A stretch of DNA of 64,000 nucleotides, from NCBI RefSeq assembly GCF_902713615.1, contig NC_052164.1, positions 83,427,830 through 83,491,829 of the forward strand. The letters run 5' to 3'. Shown here one piece after another: positions 1-10,837 of the stretch. This stretch comes from Scyliorhinus canicula. Its lineage: Eukaryota. The notes beneath the pieces are model-generated. The model saw only the letters and a list, made by a program, of their open reading frames with translations, was not told where the DNA came from and did no database searches. Within the stretch, counting starts at the first letter, position 1, and every line of letters starts with the position of its first letter. Made by a program: the position numbers and the translations under genes.

Positions 1-115
1 CCCAAAGGCATTAAAGCAGTATTTGCCCAGTGAAATTGGAGGTGAAAGTTCGGAGTAAGGTGTCGCCCTGTTAAGGCAGCAGCGAGTTTAAATTAAATCC
101 AAACGCTTCACTCAC

Positions 116-269
116 CACTGGAGAAGGCTTTTACCAAATTCGTCAGAACAAAAGGCAGGAATGCCTCTTCGAGCACTGCACCAAGGGGAGAAGCATAATA
201 CGTTTCCAAATAGATCCGAGAGTTAAACTTTTTCTCATAACCATCGCCATCGGTGAAACCCGACTCCAT
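116..269 (-). CDS. nnmt: NNMT-like methyltransferase copy A, coding exon 1 (rest of gene lies left of the window)
   Basis: ATG at 269; 154-nt exon MESGFTDGDGYEKKFNSRIYLETYYASPLGAVLEEAFLPFVLTNLVKAFSS-G; phase-1 donor GTGAGT at 115-110; N-terminus MESGFT and exon length match NNMT. Confidence 0.85.
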
Positions 270-290
270 TCCTGTCTGAACAGGAAAGTG

Positions 291-326
291 GACTGAGAGG
301 TGGATTGCAATCCCACTATATTTAAA
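291..326 (-). promoter_or_regulatory. Putative core promoter of copy A (TATA-like + Inr)
   Basis: TTTAAATATA starts 32 nt upstream of the A of CTCAGTC; same spacing in all four copies with an exon 1. Confidence 0.55.
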
Positions 327-1479
327 GGGACTGCCTCTGCCAGTAAAACTTTTGGAACTGACCCCATTGTGAGAAGGGGGAGGTGTTCCCGGAAGAGCTG
401 CCTATCATTTCACTCCACAATGTCTTTCTCTAAAAGTCACGTGAAACGTTTTGATGTTATTTGCTTCAGTTTGTCAGCATTTTTTTTTGACATCAAAATA
501 TATTTCCCTCTGTAACAGACCTCTGTGATAAAAAAAACCAATGTATCATGGGCAAAGTACAACCAAAAACAAGACCAACTCAGGTTGTACATCACGTTTG
601 TATCACTTGCAATTAATCGCCGTGCTTAAAGGTATGTGGTGCCAAAACTCAATCTATATCCATTCTCTAGGATTATGGGGAAAATAGGACATAATAAATC
701 TATTTGTGCTTGACTGCCAAACCTGTATTCTAAAGGACTGTGTAGATAAGATCTAGAAATTAGCACCCATATTTATTAAAGTTTGCGGAAAAACCTTCTC
801 ATACAAAATTAATTTTTGTAATGACATCATATACAGGTCAAGGTTCATTCTGAAAATTACCGATACAAGGTTCATATTTTTGATGTTTTAAAAAAAGGAT
901 GTTCGGCTATCACGGTCAAAAAGCTCCCAGTATATGTTAGTTGACCAAATGCACCGCACTAATATAAACAAAAGTCTCGGTACCAGAAAGGAGGACACAC
1001 TTTTCAAATGCACAATTTACAAATCTGATGTTTCAACAAATTTAAGCGCGGTACCAATGGTAATTTTAACGGTATGGACTCCTTGGATAGGTCAATGCCT
1101 GTAGAGTACTAAAGTTCCCTAACCTTCAAGGTTGCTTCCTTGCACTTACCTGCAACTTACCCGGACCCCACCCTGCACTTACCCTGATCATCCTGTGGTC
1201 TCCAGTGACCCAGGAGACCCCGCCGTTGCCGTTCCGCCTGATCCATGTTTGTATGGACCAGCACTGAATGGGCGCCTAGCTGCAGCCTCCCTAGATAGAC
1301 CGAAGAATCAAGGGAGGCTGCTGGACCAACTTCCTTGTGCGTCATTTGCTCCTGACCATTTGGGGCGGTTTTCCGACTCCGATGTCTCGCGGGACCTCCA
1401 AGAATCTAGTGGGATGCGGAAGCTATCAGGGGCTCGCTGGAGGACTTTCTCGGCATTTTCCGGCCGCGTTGCGTTGAAG

Positions 1480-2259
1480 CTCCAACCGCACTCTGACGTC
1501 ACTGAGCTATTTGATAAACACCCATTTCTTCAAGGTACTCTCACATGACACCTCCCCAAATAAAAAAATAAACCAGCAACTTCCAGATGGTTTCATTTTT
1601 CACCTTTTCACTTTCCTTTAAGAAATATTGACAGTAAATATATGTTTTTTTTTAAATAAAACAAAACACACAAATATGTGTAATAACATAGTCCATTTTA
1701 GTTCTTCTTCCTCCAACTGGAATCCCTCTTGATTGACAGTCTCTTTGGACAAGAAGGTCTCTGTATGATCCATCCATTTCTCACTGCCTCGGCATTTCTC
1801 TTTAAAGTCAGATACTTTAGTTCAATTCGATCACAGAGCCCCTTGTAATTCTCCAACACAGGAGCATTGGTTAACACAGCCTTCAGGCAGTCAAATGGCT
1901 GTTGACACTCCGCTGTCCACATACATTTGCTACACTTCTTCAGCAAGTCCATCAGTGGAGCAACCACACTGCTGAAGTTCGGCACAAATTTCCGGCAGAA
2001 TCCACTCATGTCAAAAAATCGCATTATTTCCCATTGTGCCGAAGGTATTGGAATCTCCCCAATAACTTTTGTTTTCACATCCCGTGGGCCCATTTGACCC
2101 TGTCCGATTGTATTGCCAAGGAAAGTGACTTGGGCTTTTCCAAGTTCGCTTTTGGCTAGGTTTACCACCAAACCCGCCTCCCGAAGTCGATCGAATAACT
2201 CCATCAGATGCTTTAAATGTTCTTTCCATGTCCGACTGAAGATTACCAGATTGTCGATG
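1480..2259 (-). mobile_element. Gmr1-like Gypsy LTR element 3' fragment (RT C-terminus, PPT, LTR start)
   Basis: ORF 1698..2279 IDNLVIFSRTWKEHL..LAKSE..VTFLG..GFCRKFVPNFS; GGGGAGG then TGTCATG at 1550. Confidence 0.8.
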
Positions 2260-3058
2260 TGATGCATGATCAATTGCACAAAGACGAGGTTGAATACAAC
2301 TGAGGCTTTATTACACTAAGATGTGTGGCCCCCTACAGCAGCTGACGAAATGGCTGCTGTACGGGGAGCACACATATTTATACTCCACCTACTGCGGAGC
2401 CAGCAGTCAGGGACTACCGCCGTACCTGCACTACAGGGCCTTACCATACATACCCTAATATATACAGCAGTGTTTATTACCACATTCACCCCCTGTTAAA
2501 ATTGGGTCTGGCGGGGGTAGTTGAGAACTGTATACAGCACAAGTTTAATATACAGAGAAAACATTTTTGAGTCCAGAACCAATTACAGGTTTAGCCGGCC
2601 TGATGTTGGGAATGCAGTGGTGGCGGCAATTCTGGTGTCAGTCGGATCCTTGGTGACTCCAGGAGCGTGCCGAGATCATGTTCATCCTCGGGCATGGGGA
2701 GGATGGATGGTCCTGGGGGGATTGCTGCTGGGGGCGCCGGGGAGGGGAGGGTGGCGCCGGTCTGGGGGGGGGTGTATGTGTGTGGAACCTGCTGGTGCCA
2801 GATCCCTGAGAGAGACAGTATCTTGGGCGGTCATTGGGGTACATCACGTAGGCATACTGGGGGTTCGAGTGGAGTAATTGCACCCTTTCCACCAACGGGT
2901 CCACCTGTGGAGTCGTACATGCTTACGGAGGAGTACGGGTCCTGGAGCTGTGAGCCAAGCCGGGAGCGACATCCCGGAGGTGGACTTCTGGGGAAGGCAA
3001 AGAGACGTTCATGGGATGTGTCATTAGTCGCAGTGCATCGGAGCGACCGAATGGAGAG
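2260..3058 (-). mobile_element. Gypsy family-2 3' LTR (2260-2484), PPT and integrase tail
   Basis: TG..CA LTR, AGGGGGTGAA PPT, DPLVERVQLLHSNPQYAYV. Confidence 0.85.
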
Positions 3059-3179
3059 TTCATCTGCCAGGTGCCTGCCCATTTGGCCAACTTGTCAATG
3101 TCCATCTGAAGTTGCTCAGCATCATCTTCACAATTCACTATTCTCCCTAGCTTAGTATCATCTGCAAATTTAGAGATTT
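3059..3179 (-). mobile_element. CR1 LINE RT fragment
   Basis: KFADDTKLG..EDDAEQLQMDIDKLAKWA..WQM. Confidence 0.8.
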
Positions 3180-3311
3180 AGAAATTTAGAGAAATATGAA
3201 ATAAAGACAATAATCAACAAGTATTTTGATTTAATAGTTTGTTTTTATTCTTGTGCGTTTAGTTCGTATTCAACGGCGCACATTTGCAACAACTGCAATG
3301 CAATTTCAACA

Positions 3312-3744
3312 TTAAGCATTCTGACACTTGTGAGCAACCAGGAAAATTGCAGCCTCACAGTCCGATATACTTCTTACATGGTCAGGGTCAACAAAAATTT
3401 CAAATCCATCTATCTCATAACCAGCCTCCTTCATAGCACTTTCTAAAAAGGCCTGATCAAGTTTCAGACATGAAAACTTCAGCTCATCAACGATGTAATA
3501 GGTCTCATTCAAAACACTAATCAGAATGAACACCCCGCCTGGTTTTAACAGAGAGGATATATTTCTGAGAGCAGCGCAGTAAGTTGCTTTATCCTTACAG
3601 GCAGCTTCCAGACACAAGGAAGTCACCAAACAATCAACAGGTTCCAATTCCACTGGATCCAGAGGGTTAGTTTGATGGACATCACACTTCAAAACTTGTT
3701 TGTTGGAATTTCTCAGCTTCTTCTCTTTCTCTGTCCATTTTTCC
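3312..3744 (-). CDS. nnmt: NNMT-like copy B exon 3
   Basis: tttcAG acceptor 3746-3745; (R)EKWTEKEKKLR..KQVLKCDV..DCLVTSLCLEAAC..LLKPGG..stop TAA 3314-3312. Confidence 0.92.
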
Positions 3745-4349
3745 CTGAAAGATACAAGCTCAGTGTCTGAGACAGAATGCTGCAGAGAATCACATTCAAT
3801 TCATACCGCATCAGAAGAGATAGTTGAGCGGATCAAGCTTTTTTTCTAATGCTTGTTCTAACGAGTCCCCAGTTAAGGGGCTACTCCATCGCAAAAAGCA
3901 GAGCGATGATTGTGTCTATGAAAGAGTTTCTCATGCAGCACATTAAAATGAACACCAGCCTACTCTATCATGCCTTTACATGCATCAATAAATGGTTGTA
4001 TTTATGTAGCGCCTTTTAACAGTGAAATGTAACAAAGGGGTTCATAGGAGTGTTACCAAATAAGATTTGACATGGTGTCACATACGGGGAGTACAGTGAA
4101 GATGGCAATAAGCTGGTTGAACAGGGGGAGCTCTAAAGAGTCTGAAAAGAAGAAAGAGAGGTAGACGGGTGGAAAGCTTTAGGGAGAGAAATCCAGAGCT
4201 GCAGCCTCAGTAACTCGGCATTGCAGCACAATTGGGTTGGCGCAATTAAAATTGGGGATCCAAGGAGTACAGAGATCCCTGAGGTGTACAGTGCTGGTGG
4301 AGGTTACTAACCGAGGGAGTGGGCAAAGGATTTGATCAAACTAAAGGCT

Positions 4350-4890
4350 GTAGTCAACTTTGGTTCACACTGTTGTCGGGGACAAAGACAACAAAAACGG
4401 CTGGAGAATGGCTGGGTCCGTGACCTGCAGCGGTCGCGCCGTTAAACATGGTGCCGGCCGTGTGAGGACCCAACCTGCCAAATACCTCCCCTCTGGCCAA
4501 CCCCTGGCCACCCCCACCAGCCCTTGTGCAAGCCCACCCGGCCAGCAGCACGGCTCCCGGCCAACTGTGACAACGCTGGGCACAGTCCGCAGCCGCCGTG
4601 CCAGGTTCCCGACAGCTGTGACCACAAGTGAACCGCGCCATCGGGAACTCGGCCCATCTGCGGTGGTGGATTGCGGAGGCCTCAGGGAATTGAGGGTCAG
4701 GCCCGCTAATGATATGCCAACAGTGCTTAAACAAGCAATGCATTTACGGGGTGCCGGAGGATCACGATTTGGCATCAAACTGCTGCCCACCGCACCCAAT
4801 CTGGCGTCAAACTGGCCCCACCGCGATTTTGGCGTCGGAGGGTATTCGCCGCCCATTTCGCCGTTGGCCGACGATGAATCCTATCCCATG
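4350..4890. mobile_element. GC-rich MITE-like remnant in intron 2 of B
   Basis: GC-rich island ending gaatcctatccc, resembling the Harbinger-type TIR family; duplicated in unit C. Confidence 0.5.
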
Positions 4891-5843
4891 GTTCTGAGAC
4901 GCTGAAGAGTTGGAAGGCAGTTCTACCTGAATAAGTGACACGGTGAATTTAATATTTGAGAAAAGCAGAACCCCGAACAAAGCTAACTTCCCTTCAGTAT
5001 TGAACTCAAGTATCAGGCTGGAATATGTGCCCCTCTCCCAGAGCGGGGGTTGAACCCACCGCCTTTGGACTCGACAGTGAGACGGCCGCCAGCTGAGGCA
5101 AACTGACAAAAGCAGAAAACTTTGAAAATTAGTTGAAACTCTGTCAAGGTGAAACGTGAGGTGGAGAAGAGAGGGGCATTTGAAGTATTTTGCCCCAGGG
5201 TGATCAGATATTAGCAGTCATCAAATTTGTGTTTATGTCCCCAGCATTGAGCAACCTCGACCAGGAGCAGCTTGCACTGCTGACATATGGAGTGATTGCT
5301 GCCTTATCCAGGCCAGTATTTGGGGACATACAGAATGGTGTAAAGTAAAATGGTCCTAACAAAATGAGTCTGGGGGTTTCCTTCACTTTGTGGAGATCAC
5401 GGTGTCTGATATCAGGTTTCCAGCAAACTATTTATATATCTACTGAGCTTTATAGAGAAGCTGTTTAAAAAGGGTGCTGAGCAACTCAGGATGGCAGCAA
5501 CTTTCCAGGTCTACAAGCGTCTTTCTTTTAAGTAAATAGGTTGATCTTTTTCTCACTTGACTGATGAGCCCTCTAACTGCATATTACAAATGAAACCTAA
5601 ACGCAGGAGTGACCTCTCATTGCAATGGATCCATTCTTGTCCTTTTCCTGGTTGAATTGCTCAGATTTAATTTGTAATTCAATGGAGTTGTTTGCATACT
5701 TTGACATATCGCGGAATTTACTGCTGGTTAGGGATCAAACCCAAGATTTTTCATGTTTAGGTTATCGATAGAGTTGTGTCTCGAAACCAATGGGCAGCTT
5801 TTTCACCTTTTAACAAAGCAAATCCGGGCTTCTCAATAATTAC

Positions 5844-6048
5844 CTGTCGCCTTCCAGTTCACACACATACTTTGCAATTGGGCTCCAGTCAAAAGCTCCC
5901 GGATCATTTTGTAACCACAGCTCAATCTCCCGGCGGTTGTTGGAAGCAAAATCGGACACAACAATTTGCTCCACGTGTCCCGACGCACAGAGAGCCAAAT
6001 GAAGACAGGGACCACATCCAATTTCAAGCAGTGTGCGGAATTTCGGAC
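5844..6048 (-). CDS. nnmt: NNMT-like copy B exon 2 (SAM motif I)
   Basis: AG 6050-6049, GT 5843-5842; GPKFRTLLEIGCGP..SDF..AFDWSP..VCELEGDR. Confidence 0.92.
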
Positions 6049-6443
6049 CTGGAATCATTCAAACATCGGTTGTTGATTGGGAAAGAAGATGGAAATAATG
6101 CCCCTAAAATTGTCCTGAAGACACCATGAAAGCAGTGAGAGGCAACCTGGGCCCAGTGATTGGGCTGCACGAGTTCCAAATTGGCTTGTTCACTAACCAT
6201 GACCCCATGAATATGATTAAATCTATTTCATACACAATCAAATATTTTATAATTAGTTATAGAAAAAGCTTAATCATTTCAGATACTAATAGATCTAATC
6301 AATTTCAAATGGTGAAAACAAAATAAATATTTATGCTTTGGATGCAGAGGGAATGTACGGCTCTCACAGTCAAAGCCGTGTGCAATTAGAATGCATCTCA
6401 CATTAGTTGCTCCATGTTTTATGTGCATATCACTTCACTCATT

Positions 6444-6660
6444 AAAAAAAAAGTTGAGTACACAATTAATTTTTTCCAATTAAGGGACAATTCAGCATGG
6501 CCAATCCACCTACCCTGCACATCTTTGGGTTGTGCTGGCGAAACCCAAGCAAACACGGGGAGATTGTGCAAACTCCACACAGGACTGTGATCCAGAATCG
6601 AACCTGGGACCTTGGCACTGTGAGGGAGCAGGGCTAACCCTCTGCGCCACTGTGCATCCC
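6444..6660 (-). mobile_element. HE1-like tRNA-derived SINE
   Basis: A/B-box head (ggttcgattc) and HE1-like core ccaaagatgtgcagg..ggattggccatgct. Confidence 0.8.
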
Positions 6661-6998
6661 TCATATCACTTCACTCAGACTGGTAGGGAAAATACCACAT
6701 GGACGGAAATCAGCGGAGTGTGGCAACGGTCAACAAAATGCCTCATGGGCTGCAATCAAAACCCAGATGGGCTGCAGGTTGGCCCTGGGTCTCAGGTTGC
6801 CCACCAGCGAACTAAAGGGAGCTTTTGGATCAATATCCGCTTATCTGTCTTTGCTGGCACAAATCAGATGCCATTCTTCTCCATCCTTCTTGCCGCACCC
6901 AATTCCGACGAGAAAGTAATTATGTTGCTCAGTGTGACAGGTACATTGCTGCTCTGCTGGGGAAGAACTCTCTCAATAATATTGCAGCATCAGGAATT

Positions 6999-9699
6999 TT
7001 TATTGAAATTTTTTGCAGAAAATATAATCAGAATAATTTTTATTGAAATTTTTTACAGAAAATATACCAACAAACAATGAAAAGCAACAATAAAACACCA
7101 TAATAGCTGTAACACCCCCAAGATCATATCAACGCATGTATCTCACCCCCGCCCCCCACGCCCCCAAACCCAGTAAACAACAAGAGAACTTAAAAATAAA
7201 TTACATTGAAATTAAATAAGCAAACATAGTCAACGTCCCCCCCCCTCTGTCTTTTTCACCCCCCCCCCCCGGGTTGCTGCTGACCCAGTACCCTATCGCT
7301 GAGCCAGAAAGTCGAGGTAAGGTTGCCACCGCCTAAAGAACCCTTGCACCGATCCTCTTAGGGCAAATTTGACCTTCTCCAGCTTGATAAATCCCGCCAT
7401 GTCATTGATCCAGGTCTCCACGTTTGGGAGTCTCGCATCCTTCCACTGTAACAAAATCCTCCGCCGGGCTACTAGGGACGCAAAGGCCAGAACTCCGGCC
7501 TCTTTCGCCTCCTGCACTCCTGGCTTCACCCCAACCCCAAAAATCGCGAGTCCCCATCCTGGCTTGACCCTGGATCCCACCACCCTCGACACTGTCCTCG
7601 CCACCCCCTTCCAGAACTCCTCCAGTGCCGGGCATGCCCAGAACATATGGGCATGGTTCGCTGGACTCCCCGAGCACCTGACACACCTGTCTTCGCCCCC
7701 AAAGTACCTACTCATCCTAGACCCAGACATGTGGGCCCGGTGCAGCACCTTGAATTGGATGAGGCTAAGCTGCGCACATGAGAGTTAACCCTCTCCAGGG
7801 CATCAGCCCATGTCCCATCTTCGGTCTGTTCCCCCAGTTCCCCCTCCCACTTAGCTTTCAGCTCCTCTACTGATGCCTCCTCCACCTCCTGCATTACCTT
7901 GTAGATATCAGATATCTTCCCATCCTCGGCCCAGACCCCTGAAAGCACCCTCTCACTCACCCCCCCTCGCGGGAAGCAAAGGGAATCCCTCCACCTGCCA
8001 CCTAGCAAACGCCTTTACCTGCAGATACCTGAACATGTTCCCCGAGGGGAGCCCAAATTTATCCTCCAACTCCCCCAGGCTCGCAAACCTCCCATCAATG
8101 AACAGGTCCCTCAGCTGTCTGATGCCCGCTCTGTGCCAACCCTGGAACCCCGCATCAATGTTCCCCGGGACGAACCGATGGTTCCCCCTTAACGGAGCCT
8201 CCATCGAACCCCCCACTTTCCCCCTATGTCGTCTCCACTGCCCCCAAACCTTGAGGGTAGCCGCCACCACCGGACTCGTGGTATACCTCGTAGGAGGGAG
8301 CGGCCACGGCGCTGTTACCAGGGCCCCCAGGCTTGTGCCTCCACAGGACGCCATCTCCAACCGTTTCCATGCTGCCCCCTCCCCCTCCATCACCCACTTG
8401 CGCACCATCGACACATTGGCCGCCCAATAATACCCCGAGAGATTGGGTAACGCCAGCCCCCCACCATCTCTACCCCGCTCCAAGAAGACCCTCTTCACCC
8501 TCGGGGTCCCATGCGCCCAAACAAAGCTCATAATGCTGCTAGTCACCCTCCTAAAAAAGGCCCTAGGGATAAAGATGGGCAAACACAGAAAAAGGAACAG
8601 GAACCTTGGGAGAACCGTCATTTTGACGGACTGCACTCTACCCGCCAGCGATAGCGGCACCATGTCCCACCTTTTGAATTCCTCCTCCATCTGCTCTACA
8701 AGCCTGGTAAAATTAAGCTTATGGAGAGTCCCCCAACTCCTGGCCACCTGCACCCCCAGGTATCTGAAACTCTTCACTGCCCTCTTAAACGGGAGCCTCC
8801 CAATTCCCTCCTCCTGATCACCCGGGTGTACTACAAATACCTCACTCTTGCCCAGATTTAACTTATAGCCCGAGAAGCTCCAAAACTCAACCAACAGCTC
8901 CATCATCCCCGGCATTCCCCCCTCTGGGTCCGCCACATCAGGTCGTCTGCATACAGCGATACCCTATGTTCTTCCCCACCCCGCACCAGGCCCCTCCACC
9001 TCCCCGACTCCCTCGGCGCCAAAGCCAAAGGTTCTATCGCCAGTGCAAAAGCAAGGGGGACAGGGGGCACCCCTGCCTGGTCCCACGGTAGAGCCTGAAG
9101 TACTCTGATCTCCTTCCATTGGTAACTAAACTCACCATTGGCGCCTCGTAGAGCAACCTCACCCATTTGATGAACCCCTCCCCGAATCCGAACCGCTCCA
9201 GCACCTCCCACAGGTACCCCCACTCAACTCTATCAAACGCCTTCTCTGCATCCAGCGCCACTAATATCTCCGCCTCCCCCTCCACCGCCGGCATCATAAT
9301 AACATTTAACAATCTCCGCACATTCGTGTTAAGCTGCCTTTCCTTGACAAATCCTGTCTGATCCTCGTGTATCACCCCTGGCACACAGTCCTCTATCCTG
9401 GTGGCCAGGATATTGAGGAGCGAGATTGGCCTGTGTGATCCACACTGCAAGGGGTCCTTATCCCGCTTCAGGATCAGAGAGATCAACGCCCGTGACATAA
9501 TCGGGGACAAAGCCCCCCCCCCCCCCTCCCATGCCTCATTGAAGGCTCGCACCAACAGGGGGCCCACCAGATCCGCATAATTCTTATAAAATTCCACCGG
9601 GAACCCATCCGGCCCCGGCGCCTTACCTGACTGCATTTGACCAATCCCCCTGACTAGCTCCTCCAACGTAGCCTGTTCATGAAGCTCTCCACCTCCCCG

Positions 9700-9741
<42 letters not shown>

Positions 9742-10837
9742 GCTCCAACCGGTACAGTTCCACGTAAAAGTCCCTAAAGACCCCGTTCACCTCTGCCCCC
9801 TTCTGCACCACATTCCCACCCTTATCCGTCACTCCACCAATTTCCCTAGCCGCATCTCGCCTGCGGAGCTGATGCGCCAACATCCTGCTCGCCTTCTCCC
9901 CATAATCATATACCGCGCCTTTCGCCCTCCTCCACTGTGTCTCCGCCTTTCTGGTGGTCAACAAGTCGAACTTGGCCTGCAAACTATGCCATTCCCCCAG
10001 CAATCCCTCCTCCGGGGCCTCCGCGTACCTCCTATCAACGTCCAGGGCTTCCCCACCAGTCTCTCCCTCTTCCTCCTCTCCCTCCTTTCCCTATGGGCCC
10101 GGATGGAAATCAGCTCCCCCCAGATTGCTGCTTTCAGAGCCTCCCGGACCATCCCCACCTGGATCTCCCCCGTGTCATTGGTCTCAAGATACCCCTCGAT
10201 ACTTCCCTACACACCTCCTCATCAGCCAGCATCCCCACATCCAGGCACCACAGCGGGCGCTGGTCCCGCGCCTCCCCCATCTCCAGATCGACCCAGTGCG
10301 GAGCATGGTCTGAAATTGCTATGGCCGAATACTCGGCATCCTGCACCTTCGAGATCAATCCCCTGCTCAGGACGAAAAAATCTATTCGGGAGTAAACCCT
10401 ATGCACATGGGAGAAAAAGGAATACTCCCACGCCCTCGGCCCCCCAAACCTCCAGGGATCCACCCCCCCCCCCCATCTGGTCGATAAATCCCCTCAGCAC
10501 CTTGGCCGCTGCCGGCCTCCTACCCGTCCTTGAACTGGACCGGTCCAGTGGGGGATCTAGCACCGTGTTAAAGTCTCCCCCCATGATCAGGCCCCCTGCC
10601 TCCAGGTCCGGAACGCGGCCCAACCTGCGCCTCATAAAGCCAGCATCATCCCAATTCGGGGCATATACATTAACCAGCACCACCTTCTCTCCCTGCAGCC
10701 TACCCTTCACCATAACAAACCTGCCCTCCTTGTCCGCCACCACCTCAGACGCCTCGAATGCCACCCTCTTCCCCACCAGAATCGCCACCCCCCGGTTATT
10801 GGCGTCTAATCCCGAGTGGAAAACCTGCCCCACCCAC
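6999..10837 (-). mobile_element. 5'-truncated L1-clade LINE (EN-RT-CCHC, frameshifted) in intron 1 of B
   Basis: GGDFN, SDH, DAEKAFD, QGCPLSP, YADD, HMFWAC motifs; 14-bp TSD cagcatcaggaatt at 6985-6998 and 10838-10851; empty site in C near 20875. Confidence 0.93.

Noticed and set aside
4354-4905. Overlapping 130-180 aa ORFs in intron 2
   Set aside because: GC-rich MITE-like remnant; frames are not preserved in the paralogous copy
5776-6129. Plus-strand ORFs over exon 2 (also 19668, 41643, 47766)
   Set aside because: Antisense shadows of the real minus-strand exon
9695-9737. Long C/G homopolymers (also about 16836, 34853, 42141, 50084, 60973)
   Set aside because: Lengths are unreliable in assemblies and they sit mostly in repeats; no functional claim is possible
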